The notes beneath the pieces are model-generated. The model was not told where the DNA came from, searched no databases, and was given only the letters and a program-made list of their open reading frames with translations. 64,000 nt of DNA from Amoebidium appalachense (lineage: Eukaryota > Protista > Ichthyosporea): contig CAVNZM010000004.1 of NCBI GenBank assembly GCA_963693365.1, positions 7,725,093-7,789,092 of the forward strand, written 5' to 3'. Every line of letters begins with the position of its first letter. Position 1 is the first letter of the stretch. Positions 1 to 26,605 of this stretch are shown piece after piece. Position numbers and translations under genes: made by a program.

Positions 1-362
1 TCTTCGTACGTCCCCAGTTTTTTTCCATACTGTCTCTTTTTTTTTTCCCCCCATCGTAATTGCCTGTTTCTTTCTTCCTGCTCTTTTTTATTTTCGTGCG
101 TGCTTGTGTTTTTTAACTCTTCCTGCCCTGCCCCCCCCCCCCCCCACCCCCCCCCCCCCTCCCCCCCCCCCCCCCCCTCCTCCTCCTCCTCCTCCTCCTC
201 CTCCTCCTCCTCCTCCTCCTCCTCCTCCTCCTCCTCCTCCTCCTCCTCCTCTTTTTTTTTTTTTTTTTTTTTTCCTTCGTTTGTATACATTTTCTTTTTT
301 TTTCTTCCTGCGGCACTCCCCGTTTTTGTTTTGCTTTCATGTCCTGACGCACCTGAGTCAAG

Positions 363-400
363 CTGAAGTGGCTCACGGGGCAAACCATACCAGACGATGA
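363..400 (+). CDS. Possible terminal exon of a gene starting upstream of the window
   Basis: 1-362 looks intronic (C/T runs, CTGAC branch-like motif at 344-348, AG at 361-362), followed by short frame (A)EVAHGANHTRR-stop. No homology recognised. Confidence 0.25.
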
Positions 401-1487
401 TTGGTTGCTCGTTCTTGCCAAATTGGGCTTGAAGAGAGGTGCAACAAAACAAAACTGATGGTCTCTTCAACTGAGGTCACGTGCCTGTTACACAAGAAAT
501 ATATGGTTTAAATGCAGATGTTAATAATATCTAACATACTGTACATTAAGTTTTATTTGAGTTTTTCAACGGCCATAGTATGCTTGAATATCATCAGTGA
601 TGTAGGTACATGGGATGAAGTTGACAATTTTTTTCAGGCAAACATATTTGGACTGTTTTACACCCCCTCAGCGGACCAATCGCGATAGTTCCACCGAAAA
701 TCTTCCTAAACTCATAAATTTTACCTTGACTTTGGCGTCTACAGTAGTTAAATGCTTTTTTTCTTTTTTTTTTTCCCCTTCTAAACTTCTAAGCGGTGCT
801 CACGCATCTAAACTCACCCTTATGAAAATAATATATAATGATTTAAAATAATAAATAAATATTTGTAATATTCCACCAATATAACTGTTAGTCTATTAGG
901 ATTTTATTCCTTTTTTCAAGTCAACATAAAGATTGAAGAAAGGTCTTTTCGTGCCCTTCGAACATATGAGCACATCAATAAAGTCATTTTTAAAAAAATC
1001 ATTTTCTTACCATATTTATCTTCGTGCGGTATGGGGGGATTGCTGTTTGCTCCTCCTTGCCGCCCCTCCCACCCGGGCCCGCTGCAGGCTGATCAATGAA
1101 ATCAAACGAGCATGATCATTTCAGGTCAGACCAGACGGCCTGTGCTCCACGGTGTTTCTAGATGGCCGTGGCTCCACGTCAACACGTACGCATACGTTCC
1201 GTTTTGCAGGCTGTTGAGATTTCTTTATTCCTTCTTGAACGGTGTCGCGAGCTGAGCGAGCTCTTAAAAAAAGAATAAGCACCACATTCGTGTTCATAAG
1301 ATTAAGGTGCAAAGAGGCCTGCGACTTCAAGTCTGACGCAACCACGTGTTATTGCATACATACACCCAACCAGCCCGCGAAGGTAGACACCACTGCAGCC
1401 AAGCTTCACTCACTAATTCTTTGGAACTTGAATCTTGCGGCACTTTTTCTATTCGTTTTTTTGTTTACTTATCCTTGTTACGGTACC

Positions 1488-1790
1488 ATGACGCGTAAGG
1501 GAGCACACGGGCCTGCCTCAGGCACGAAAGCACACGGCCCAACCTCAGGTTGTGCCGTTCGGGTACCGCGGCACCTTCAGGCACTTGTTGCACGTTTTGA
1601 AGCTGACATGATCAAGAAGTGCCCAGAGAGCCCAATACCCATGCGGCCGGCGCAGCGCGTGCGAATATGCCTGGAAAAAAACGAGTCATATGCGGCCGGC
1701 CCAGTCAATGCACCCAAGGGAGGGTTCGACAATAGGGTGAAGCCGGCACCTGCGAGGGGAATTCTGAAGCGTAAGGCGTCATTGGAATAG
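1488..1790 (+). CDS. Hypothetical 100-aa basic protein (orphan, intronless)
   Basis: accATG start, non-repetitive GC-richer frame in AT-richer flanks, internal duplication (AHGPASG/AHGPTSG), RVRI and RGILK motifs. No family recognised. Confidence 0.4.
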   Translation: MTRKGAHGPASGTKAHGPTSGCAVRVPRHLQALVARFEADMIKKCPESPIPMRPAQRVRICLEKNESYAAGPVNAPKGGFDNRVKPAPARGILKRKASLE

Positions 1791-4397
1791 AAAATGTGGA
1801 ATAGAATGAATGGGTGGTTTGAAACGATAGTTTGAGCGATCGTCACAAAACTGTATGTTATGGTTTTTTTTCCGTTCATTCATAGTGAATCTAGTAATAA
1901 GTAACGCGCGTTAGAAAATACATTATGTTTGTCTGTGTGCTCCTTTTCTTTATTCTCTGCAACGCGCGATGATACGGTTGGTAAGCAACAGCTCCATCTC
2001 TATGTAGATGTGTAGTTGTCTTCCTTTTTGAGTACCGAAAAATGACATTTGTATTCTCTTTGCGGTAGTGATAGGCTTTTGTGGCAGGCTCTATTATGTG
2101 TATGCTGCTCTGCTCTGGTGGGTGCTTGTTTATGTAAAGGCAAAGCTTGGTGTTTTATTTTCCCTGTTGGTCTACTTCTTCTGACCTTCAGTGTACCCGA
2201 ATAGGACACCTTGTCCATGTGATTTGAGTATGTAACTATATTAGTGTGCGGAGCGAAGTGTTGAAGATTATAAAGTCGAAGAAACAAACATGCCTGACCT
2301 GGAGGTGGTCTCTGTTTGTATTCACAAAGCGAAAGAAGTTCTGTGCACAGGAATTGCTTGTACGACACAAAAAAGTTTATATAACATGCAGGCGAGAACA
2401 CCGAGGCTTTTCTGCTCCTTGTTTGTGGTTTCTCAGGGGTGCCTTCATATAGGCAGTGTGGGAGACTCGGCAAACTGTGCAGTGCTCGAAGAGTACACCC
2501 CCGCTTCCCCAAGCCCCCTCCTCCACCCCCCTCCTTCACAGACATTCACAAACACACGCCGTAACAATTTTGAGAGAGAGAGAGATATATCCACAGAGAG
2601 AGAGAGAGTGAGAGAGAGAGACGAACATGGAGAGAGCCTGGACATCAATCCTTTCACACACGTGTAGGTGCACGCACCAAAAGAAGGGCAGAGGGAGAGA
2701 CACATGGTGAGAGGGAGGGAGGAAGGGAGGGGCGAGAGAGAGATCTAGAGAGGAGAGACGTGGAGTTGGAGAAAGCCTGGGAGAGGGGGGGGGGGGGGTG
2801 TAACGGATGCGGATGGGGAGGGGGAGGAGGGGAGGGCATTTTCTGATGGAAACTGCAGGGTTAACCTCTGTAACACACTCTTCGCTCTGTAATAATGTGT
2901 CACAGTGTATCGTTGCTCACTACTGTATACCCTGGAAGTTCGCTACGCTCAGCAGCCAATCATGATTTATGTGATGATGGGGGTGGTAAGTATTCTGGTG
3001 CAGCAGGGATTCTGAGAACTCGAGCTCAGCACAAGACATTGTATGACATCTTTGTCGTTCACAGAGTTACACGTCGGCTAGCAAAATGTAGCTTGCCTGT
3101 GAGGCGCTTGTTATGTGGTTATATGTACCCTCGTATCTACCCCAAAAGTCGAATCGGTACCTGCCACATGTGCACAGGCTAAGTGATCCATATGTATGTA
3201 TGCAACACAGGAGTGTATGCAGGCGAACTCGTCTAAAGACACAAATGTGTTTAAGCACGTTTCTCTCCAGCACATTATAGTACTTTCACCCTTTTATCAG
3301 GAAGAACTGCATGTCTTTAAATTTCATACAATTCAAACCTCATGAGCATGAGAATGCACGAATTAAGTGCCCTAGCCCATTCAGCTCTTGGCCCATTAAT
3401 ATTATTCAGTTCTGCCTTTGACAAGACTGAGCAAACTGGTTACTTTCCTCCGCAGGCTTTTACAAATATGCCCGCTGGAGTTGCCTACCCGTTTGGCTAC
3501 CTGGCGCACGTATATCCCTGCATACGTATACACATGCACCCGGTCCAGGTTCAAAATAGACGTCTGAGCAACTGGAATAACGAGCAGGCATGCAGTTCCG
3601 GAAGCACGTACTTCTGTACATCACATACAGGCACGATATGCATTACGCGCACGTACCTACATACCTATTGTAGTAGATGCATCGGAGTCGCATTTACGTG
3701 TATGTATTGTCACCATATTCAATATATGTGCCCATGTTTTTTGCCTGTTCCTACTGCTGACGTTCGGCCAGGTGTACATGTGCGTGCTGAGGCTTCAGCG
3801 CAGAAGAAGTTCAGCCAACACCAATAGGGGATCATTGCACCAATAATAATGGAATGCATGTTGGCGCCAATTGAGGGTGCGTAAGAAACCAATCGAACCT
3901 GCGGATCTAAGCGCGGCAAATGACAAATCTCTGGGTTGAAGACAAAGCCTTCAGCCTAGCCCTTGTAGTCGGTCTAAAAAAAATTTTAACAACCAAGAAT
4001 ATATAAGAAGATGATATTTGATTGTTTAAGCATGTTGATAGGCCTTGAAATAAGGTAAATGTTACCAAAAAGTGTAAGAACAATAATGCGACCTGAATGT
4101 ATCAAGGTCCATTTTTAAGATACTTAAACCATATATACAGGGTTTAATAGGCTTATTTATGCGGGACTGGGGGGGGACTTAAGTCACCAAATCAGCTTTT
4201 TGGGTAAAAGAAGCAGCGAGTCAGACCAGGATTTGGAACCAATGATGCGCTTGCCTTATATGGCAGGTGGCTGGCACAGCTGGTCAGCCGCAGCTGAGTC
4301 AAAACCAGAAAGTTGGCAGCCTTTCACTTCAGTTCAAGTTTGCAGTCGTGTCGTAAAGGACTTCGAAAGTTTTCCTTTTGTCTATTTAAACGCAAAG

Positions 4398-4790
4398 ATG
4401 TCGTGCGGAAAGTGTGCCAAGTGTGACAAGACGGTCTACCAGACCGAGAAGGTGGACGCTGCCAACAAGGTGTGGCACAAGCTGTGCTTCAAGTGTGCCG
4501 ATGATCACTGTGGCATGGCTCTTTCTCTCAAGAACTTCCAAGCACACGAAGGCCAGGTCTACTGCAACAAGCACGTTCCCGCCCCCAAGGCCACCGCTGT
4601 TGCGGACTCCGTTTCCGTGAAGGCGGCGCTGGCAGCCCCCAAGAAGACCGCCGAGGGTCTGGGCACGGCACAGAAAGGCACCGGTGAAAAGCCATCTGTC
4701 GGAGCTGACTCCATTGCTGTGGCCCACGCCACGAATGCTCCTAAGCCTAAGGCAGAGGGCTTGGGCACCGCCAAGAAGGGCACGGATTAA
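4398..4790 (+). CDS. Single-LIM-domain protein with duplicated C-terminal repeat (actin-cytoskeleton LIM type)
   Basis: MSCGKCAKCDKTVYQTEKVDAANKVWHKLCFKCADDHC...YCNKH gives the LIM Cys/His zinc-ligand pattern; aagATG start at 4398; strong C/G third-position bias; intronless. Confidence 0.9.
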   Translation: MSCGKCAKCDKTVYQTEKVDAANKVWHKLCFKCADDHCGMALSLKNFQAHEGQVYCNKHVPAPKATAVADSVSVKAALAAPKKTAEGLGTAQKGTGEKPSVGADSIAVAHATNAPKPKAEGLGTAKKGTD

Positions 4791-5290
4791 GCAGCGAGCC
4801 AAGCATAGGAATATATATTAGCGTATGTCCGTAAAAAATTTCCTAGAACAGCATTGAAAGTTGCCAGTCGTATTGGGGATCTGAGCAACCAGAGCTCTAT
4901 TTGTTCTTGAGATCAGAATCGAAAAGTTGACCGAAGTATGTTGTTTACGAAAGCACCTCACCACTGACTAGCAACTATGAAACATAAATAGGTGTGCCAT
5001 TATATCGTAGGGAGCGTCGAAGGAAATAAAAATCTACCACAACTTACAAGCACTCTTCACAATAAGCCTCTAACGATGGCTCGAGCATCGCACGCCACAC
5101 GAACCCCCCCCCCCCCCCCCCCCCCCCCCTTTGCCAGCTCTGAAAGGCATGTACGAGGTCAATGCGAGAACTTTCGTAATTTTCTTTAAAAGAGTGCATG
5201 GATCTTGCCTCATTTTCTTAGATCGATGGCAATTGGCGGCCTCGGTTCCAACACGGAACTGTAACAATGCAGCAATGCCATGTAGCCCGT

Positions 5291-5336
<46 letters not shown>

Positions 5337-5411
5337 CACCAAGCCTGCACAAATTACACACTGTACTGTAGGTCGCCTAAATAGAGCACGGTGCTTGTTT
5401 GTGTCAACAAA

Positions 5412-5443
<32 letters not shown>

Positions 5444-6263
5444 CGACATCACGCTAATGGGGTTCCGTTCGACCCAAACCTGAAAATTGCGACTGGACCA
5501 AGTACGTGGGCATGTAGACTTGTCACAGCGCCCAAGCCACTCAGGGTTACCCTGGGAAGGACGGCGAGTTAAGTATAATGCTTTAGTGTGGTGGTGTAAT
5601 TAGGTACACATTAGGTGAGAAGAAATTTGTGGCTGGCCACGCACAAACTCAATGCTATGCTATACCAGATCATTCGACCAGGCCAGAACAAACCACACTA
5701 TGCACTCATGTACTTTATTAGTCTTAGAGGTGCAAGCCATGTGTGTGTCCAGCCTGGCACTGGGTATGCCACGGGCATATTTGGAATATGAAGAACGTGT
5801 CATTCATTCGATATCACTCTAAGGGCCGGGCGGCCAAGCCCGCCTGCTAATACTATTCGTAAAATACGGCAAATTAGATTGGTACAAGCTCCCTATATCA
5901 ATTAAAACCCTACATGCATATGCCACGGTAGTCCATTCTTACATACTCCTCAAGAAATAAGGAAGATTCAAAGGACAAAGGAATGAAAAATACAGGACAT
6001 GATATTCCCCTCATTAGACCTTTGTTTCGTAGGCCACGAAATAAATTGCTACTGCCGCAACGATCAACCTAGCAAACTTAAGGGATCCCCTAAACGGTCT
6101 AATTTTTGAAACCCATTTCCTTGGCAGAAATAAAAACCTCTACTAAACTAAGTTTCATTCGCTGTTTACTCGTGTTTCCACATGCCTCCCCTCGTTTTTG
6201 ACCCTAGCTACATGTTTGCACTTGTTTTAAGACCTAGTGCATGAGGGGTAGGAAGGGACCCGT

Positions 6264-15586
<9,323 letters not shown>

Positions 15587-16372
15587 GTTTTGCTGAGAAC
15601 AAACACACGCCTGCACCGAGAGATCCGAGGCTTAAACTTTGATTTGGTGAGTGAACACAATTTGCAACTAGGAATTGATGCGTGTAAGAATTCTCAAGAG
15701 TGCATGTGTGTGTGTGTTCATGTGTGGTCGTCTGTGTGTGTGTTCGTGTGTACTTTTGTGTGTTTTCGTGTGTGTGTGTTACAGTCCGTGTGTGTGTGTC
15801 GGTGTGTCGGTGTCTATGTATCCAAGCGAATGTGTCTGTGCGTGCCACTACTGTGGTTGCGCGTGTGCGTGCGTGTTTGTCAACAACTGAGTGGTTCTCC
15901 GCGTGTGAACCCAACGGCGCTTGCCTCTGTAAGTGCGTGTTTATATACTAAATGTTTTAAGGAGCTTAAATCTTTCCTAGGCATCCGGGAGTTCTAAGTT
16001 AGCTCTTTGCTCAACTTTGTCAGCTGGCGACTCAGCTGTGAGTGACTGTGCGGCCGGCAGTTCGAATCTGAATACTCTCGAAGATGGAACAGAGATAAGG
16101 TCCCCCGCAATCCGTATATGGCTATACATAAAAGCCCATGATTCGCTAGATATAACCCTTATTATTGATTGGAGCTTATTAATTTTGATAACAGTTTCCT
16201 ATTGGCTCTTCTCCGCAACACTACATTCAATAGGAGTGTGCGAAAGAATGGTGCAATTTCAAAAAAACACCGCCCGGGTCTGACAGTGTACAACTTACAA
16301 TAGTCACTCTCGAACACTTTTCCGGTACACAGACTCTGAGGGGGTTGTTGTGTGCTTGCCTGTTGTTAGAGA
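15587..16372. promoter_or_regulatory. Divergent (bidirectional) promoter region S6K / HINT2
   Basis: Head-to-head ATGs at 15586 (-) and 16373 (+); ATTGG (CCAAT-box) motifs near 16167 and 16201; B-box-like GTTCGAATC near 16060. Confidence 0.55.
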
Positions 16373-20516
<4,144 letters not shown>

Positions 20517-21529
20517 AAATAAACACATGGGTGGGCCGCTGCCCACTTGCACAGTCAACCACCCATTATTATGCTTCCGAGCCGCACCCACACGGATCAT
20601 TCCAGAAGCTGCTCATCAACGCTAACACTTCGACTTCCCCACTGCTGATGTAAACGCACTGAGTAGTACGTGCCTGCAGTGCCATATGCATGTGAAGTGG
20701 CGTGTTTTCTATTCAGCCGACTGTTAAGATGCACGCCTATACACAACTGAAGTGTTTCTGCTTAAACCAACCCGAATGACAACGTTGACGCGTATGCGCG
20801 CGCCAAAACTCGCAAGATTAAATATTGCGAACGGCATTTGTACGTATGTATGCTCATGGGTGTGTGCGCACATGCAGGGTGTGTTTCCTCCGACAGACAA
20901 ATGACCCTGGCCTCCATGCGATACGAACACTACGGCTATAAATCTAACGACTTCTCATTCTCCCCAGTCATTACACACACCGATAGCTAGCACGTGCATG
21001 TGCATGTGCACGCACGTCGGCATAGCATATGTATTGGTCGACTGTGTTTTTCTGTGTGTATGGCCTGCAGTCAAGGCTTGCATGCACTTATTTTTTGAAT
21101 AATTTTGCCAGTTCCTCTTCATGCATGAGCTAATGGTAGTTTATTTAAATGGTGTGCATGTTTTCTGGCTGCATTGGCTGTAGCCACAAAACAAACATTT
21201 GGAACATGGCCATGGCCTGCAAGATGCACGTGGCTGTATAAACATGTACAGTGCGTGCGCCAAGGCTTTTGAATCAGCCGCCATTGTTCATTGGTTGCAT
21301 TAATGATTTTGTATTTTTATTCTCATTCTAATTGGTTTCTCGATCCAAAAAACGCCAATCATTCGCTCTGTGTCACACATATTTCTCTCTCATGTCCGTT
21401 GCAGGCTCATGCGCGTGGCCCACCCGTACAGCCGAAGCGAAAGTCTTTTTCATGTGCACCGCGCGCACCCCGTGCACACACGCACACACACAGCCTTGTA
21501 CGTGCCTGTGTGTCTCCCTCTTCGCCACC

Positions 21530-21965
21530 ATGCAGGCTTTTCGCTCTCTCCGCCTCGGCTTTGGGCTGCGCGCCTACTGCACGGCAGCCATTAAGAACCC
21601 CCGCGTGTTCTTTGACATGAAGGTCGGAGACGAGAAGGCCGGACGCATCGTCTTTGAGGTGAGCGGAGGGTGTGTGTGTGCGTGTGTGTGCAGGGAGAGG
21701 GGGGGGGGGGGGGGGGGGGGGGGAAGGAAGGGGGGGGGGGGGGGGAGGGGAGGGGGAGGGGGGAGGGGGGGATTAGGGGTTTGGGGAGGCAGGAGAGTGA
21801 ATCGGAAGGATAAATGGAAGGACATGTGGCCGAGGAAGTTGAGAAGGGGAAGGGAGGAGGAGCGATGAGGGCCTTCGTGGTTATGACTGATGTAGTAGGT
21901 AAACCAACATTGAGACTTCCGTGGGGAGAAATTGTGCTAACCGTCTGTCGGTGTGTTTGTGCATA

Positions 21966-21999
<34 letters not shown>

Positions 22000-22129
22000 T
22001 GTGCGTGTGTGTGTGTGTGTGTGTTTGTGTGTGCAGCTGAACAAGGATCTGGTGCCCAAGACGGCTGAGAACTTCCGGGCACTGTGCACGGGGGAGAAGG
22101 GCTTCGGCTACAAGGGCAGCATCTTCCAC

Positions 22130-22166
<37 letters not shown>

Positions 22167-22917
22167 TGTTTGTGTTTGTGTGCATGTATTTCACGTGCAC
22201 ACGTGTCTGTCGTGTGATGGGATCGGGGGGAGGGGGGAGGGGGTTATGGGCAGCTCTAGTGGCATGCCGAAGTATTCGGTGCTTTACCCCCCTCCCCTCC
22301 TCCCCTGGGGCTCCCGCCGTCCCGGACGCTTTGATAAATTCCATCTTCCATTACTCCTTTTCCTGCTTCCTCTACAGCCCCGCTTTTCCTTCCACACACT
22401 TTTTTTTTTGCTACACGGCACTTCTCGTTCGATTTGTGCACACAGTGACATCTATACGTTTGTGCACTTGTTCCCTCTTCACCTATACATCCCCCCTCCC
22501 CCCCCCCCCCCCCCCCCCCGGTCCCTGTCCCCGCCCTTGGGTTTAGTGCATCCACCGGAGAAGTGGGTGGTTGCATTTGTTATCCCTTGCCTGGTCGGTT
22601 TTTTATCTGGGTTATTGTTTGTTTTGTGATGTCTCATGCATATCCCCCTCCTTCCCCTACTCGCCTCCCCATCTGCTCAGAAAACGCGAGTGTCTTAAAT
22701 ACGAGCTGGCATTCTAACAACCTCCCCCCTCTCCAACCGAGTACACACACACACATACCTCCTCACCCCTCCCCTCCTCCACACCTTCCGCCTCACTACC
22801 CGCATACACTTAATACCCCTTCCCTTCTCTCATCCTCTCCCTCCCCCGGCCCATCTATACCTTATGTATGTGGATTTGCACCTACACTTTCTACCAAACA
22901 CCCCCCCCCCCCCCCCC

Positions 22918-22949
<32 letters not shown>

Positions 22950-23646
22950 ACATACATACATACACACACACTCACACACACACTCACACGTGTTTGCAGG
23001 GTGATCCCCCAGTTCATGTGCCAGGGTGGTGACTTCACCAACCACAACGGCACCGGGGGCAAATCTATCTACGGCAAGCGTTTTGACGATGAAAATTTTC
23101 TTCTCAAGCACGACGCGGAGGGTCTTCTGTCCATGGCGAACGCTGGGCCAAACACGAACGGGAGCCAGTTTTTCATTACCACTGTTGTGACTCCGTGGCT
23201 CGATGGGAGGCACGTCGTGTTTGGAAAGGTGTGTAGGGGTGTGTTGGGGGGGGGGGGGGGGGGGGGTTGGGAATAGTGGAGGGATGAGGGGACGGGCAGG
23301 GAGGGTGGGAGGGATAGGAGGGTAGGAGTAGAGGGAAGGGGGTGAGAGGGTGGGAAGGGGTGGGAATGAAGGGGGGGCTGGGGGAGGGGGGTTGAAAGGG
23401 GCAGGGGGTGAGGGGGTTGAAAGGGGTGGAGAGGGAGAGAGAGAGAGTGTGTGTGTGTGTGTGTGTGTGTTAGGCCCGGTTGAGAGAATGAGGGGAACAG
23501 GGAAAGCGGGGTGGGGTGGGGGGGGGGCGTTGCAGAGAGGAAGGTGTGTGTGTGTGAGGGGGTGGGGGGGGGGGGGGGGGGGGGGGGGGGCTAGGACGAC
23601 TGTATGCAGGAATCATCGAATGCTATGTGTGTGTGGTGTGTTTTTG

Positions 23647-23694
<48 letters not shown>

Positions 23695-24357
23695 GGGGGG
23701 GGGGGGGGTATTTTCAGACAAGTGGCTATAAGCGTGTGTGGGTAGGCCGAGGATGGGGAGTGGGCCTGTGCTCGGTTGCTTACGTGGGTGTTGCATGTGT
23801 GCTTACTTTCTAGTTTTGGGGACGGAGTTTGGTTCATTCTGCAGGGGTGTAATTGACTTCTCTGTATTGAGTTTTGTGAGGGACGAGATGTGTGTGCGTG
23901 CGTGTGGGTGTGTGCTAAACAAAACGGAGGGGGGGGGGGGGCTGGGGGCTGCAGACATGGTGTTTGACTGTGTGCGCATGTGTGTGTAGTGTGGGTGTGT
24001 GTTATGACTGCGGCAGTGGTGCTGGTTGTTGGTGTGTGTGTGTGTGTGTGTGATGGAGGGGGGAGATGGGGGGGATTGGGGCTCCAGCGTTATTCTTACA
24101 TCTGACCTTGTCTCACTACTTTTTTATTTCTCCCCCCCCCCCCCCCCCCCCCCCCTCTCCTGCCGCGCCACACACACACCACACCGCCCTTCTTTTCCTT
24201 GCCCTTTTCTTTCTTTCTTTCTTTTTTTTTTTTTTTTTTCCCCTTTCAGGTTGTTGAGGGTATGGATGTTGTGAAGGCCATCGAGAGGCTCGGCAGCCGC
24301 AACGGAGTGACCCAGAAGAGGATCGTCGTGGAGGACTGCGGAGAGCTGACCCAGTAA
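21530..24357 (+). CDS. PPIF: Cyclophilin peptidyl-prolyl isomerase with mitochondrial presequence (cyclophilin D-like), 4 exons
   Basis: gccaccATG; exons 21530-21658, 22037-22131, 23000-23228, 24250-24357; [68 protein letters not shown] (versus PPIA) inferred from the [17 protein letters not shown] leader. Confidence 0.95.
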
Positions 24358-24719
24358 TTGGCTTTTTATAGTTATGCACCACGGTCTATCATTGGTTTAA
24401 GAATACTCGAATAGTGTGCCATAGGCCCTGAAAGCCTGATGTGGGCTACACTGTAGAACATGGCGTGCTATTGGTCGTTGTCCCGGGTATTAGCCTAATG
24501 TGGGCAGGAAATGTGGTGTATGATTGGTTTGCTTTGTTGCTGGGTGGTTGGTGGTGTTGCTGTGGGTCACGGGTTGTACTGTTTCCTTGTTTAGAAATTT
24601 TTATGGCCCCGGTGACAACAGATCACGGGGATGAAAAATAAACATCTCGTTGTGAACAAAAATGCCTTTTCCACACGTATGCATTACGTTTATTCCCTTC
24701 TTCCTTCTCCTCCTCCTCC

Positions 24720-24750
<31 letters not shown>

Positions 24751-25481
24751 ACACACGCGCGCGCGCGCAGACACACACAACATACACACAAACACAAACA
24801 CACGTGCAGGAACACACAACGGCCCCCCCTCCTCCCCCTTGGCCCTCCCTCCCTACCTCTCTCCCTCCCCGGCCCTGCTCCTCCTTCCCCCTCCCCTTCC
24901 ACGCTGGATGAATAATTGACTCTCTACACCAACTAAAGCTGGCTCCATTTTCCCCGGGTTTTCGTTCTTTTTATTCATCATCTCTCGACTCCGAGATCTA
25001 TACATAGTCGAGTTCGGATCCTCCAAAGGGCTCCAGTGCACAGTTACAAGACTTCTTTCTTTCATCTCATTTTCCCCAAAAGGTGTTGAACCAGCATCCA
25101 AGCTAGCCAAGTTGGCTGCACTCCTCATGTGTGCACTCTACTGTTGAAGATTTAATTATTTGACCATGGCCAGTGGTGGCCACGGGTTCAAACAACTGCC
25201 CCCCCATGTGCACACGGACGTCGGTTGGTACATCCCAAGTAGAAGAGTGCACATCATTATATTATATAAAATAACTAAATTAATATAAAAAGGAGGAATA
25301 CAACCACAGCCGCAGAGGGCCTTTGTGTGGATGTCACATTTATTGGCAATCTTGATCATGCATATGGTCCCTTGAGGCATACATAGCGTCTGCTTCACCT
25401 TAGCACTGCTGTACCTTCTATTTCTCCCCTGCACATGATGTGGCGCGGTTGGGAAGCCGGAGCCGAAAACTAAAGAGACCC

Positions 25482-25544
<63 letters not shown>

Positions 25545-26605
25545 TAGTATACTATATATATATATATATATATATACATATTGGGGGGGGGGGGGGGGGG
25601 GGGGAATTTTTTTTTTTTTTTTTTTTTTTTTTTTGGGGGGGGGGGGGGGGATTTTTTTTTTTTTTTTTTTTTTTTTGGGGGGGGGGGGGGTGATGACAAA
25701 ACACAGCTGTAGCTGAAAGCCATTCACGTGCACGCACTGTGACCTAGTTGTGCGTACAGTAGGCGTACAGCGATTGCAAATGGCTTAGTATAAGCTATTA
25801 TGGGTTGATGGCTCCATGCCTCTCCCCTGGGAGCCCTCCCTCCCCCCGCCCCTCCCGGCCCCGGGGGCCCCAGCCTCCCCCCTCGATCCCTCCCCCTCCC
25901 CCCTCCCCCCCCCCCCCCCCCCCCCAAAAAAAAGAAAACTTCAGTGTCTGTTTAACTGTGTGTTCTTATCGCCAAGTGGGTGTACATACACCTGGTCTGT
26001 TTTCCAAGTCTTAGATGCAACCGCCCACACATACTGCACAAACACTGTTGGTTTTTCATTTTCATTCTCTGAATCAAATCCAACTCCAATTTTTGCATTG
26101 GCGCCCAATCATTCCTGTGTCCCCTTTAGGAACCAGTTCCACCATGCCCATGCTCACTTCATATCATACTGGGAGTACACCAACTTGACCAGCATTGCAC
26201 GTTCCAATTGCAAAGAGGGAAAAAATAAAATTAAAAAAAAATAAAAATAAAAATAATAATAATAATAGAAACGTCCGGACTGCATAGTGCCCCCAACTCT
26301 GGCTGGCTCCGCTTTTCAAACGTTCTCCCTTGACAAACAAACAGCTGATTTTAATATATATATATATAATAAAAAAAACTCCCCAACAGCTCAGTACAAT
26401 TCTGGATACAACCCTTCACCTCGTCCATTAACATTTCGTACAAACAACCCCCAGACCCCCCCCAGACCCCCCCCCTCCCCACCCCCCTCCCCCCTCCCCG
26501 GGTCCTCCCCCCCCCCCTCCCCCCCCCCCCACCCCCCAACCCCTGCCACACACACACCCACCCACCCACCCACACACGCCTCCCCCCATTTTATCCCTTC
26601 ACAAT

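Noticed and set aside
2000-3950. ORFs 2000-2545, 2895-3182, 3342-3827
   Set aside because: No recognisable domains, codon bias or consistent splice structure.
4200-4397. 66-aa N-terminal extension of the LIM ORF in the track
   Set aside because: Begins at a TTG and covers promoter/5' UTR-like sequence; the ATG at 4398 directly precedes the LIM domain.
16020-16075. tRNA-like element (ACTCA/TGAGT hairpin plus CAG-TTCGAAT-CTG T-loop)
   Set aside because: No acceptor stem, only a 3-bp T-stem and no proper anticodon arm; at most an isolated B-box.
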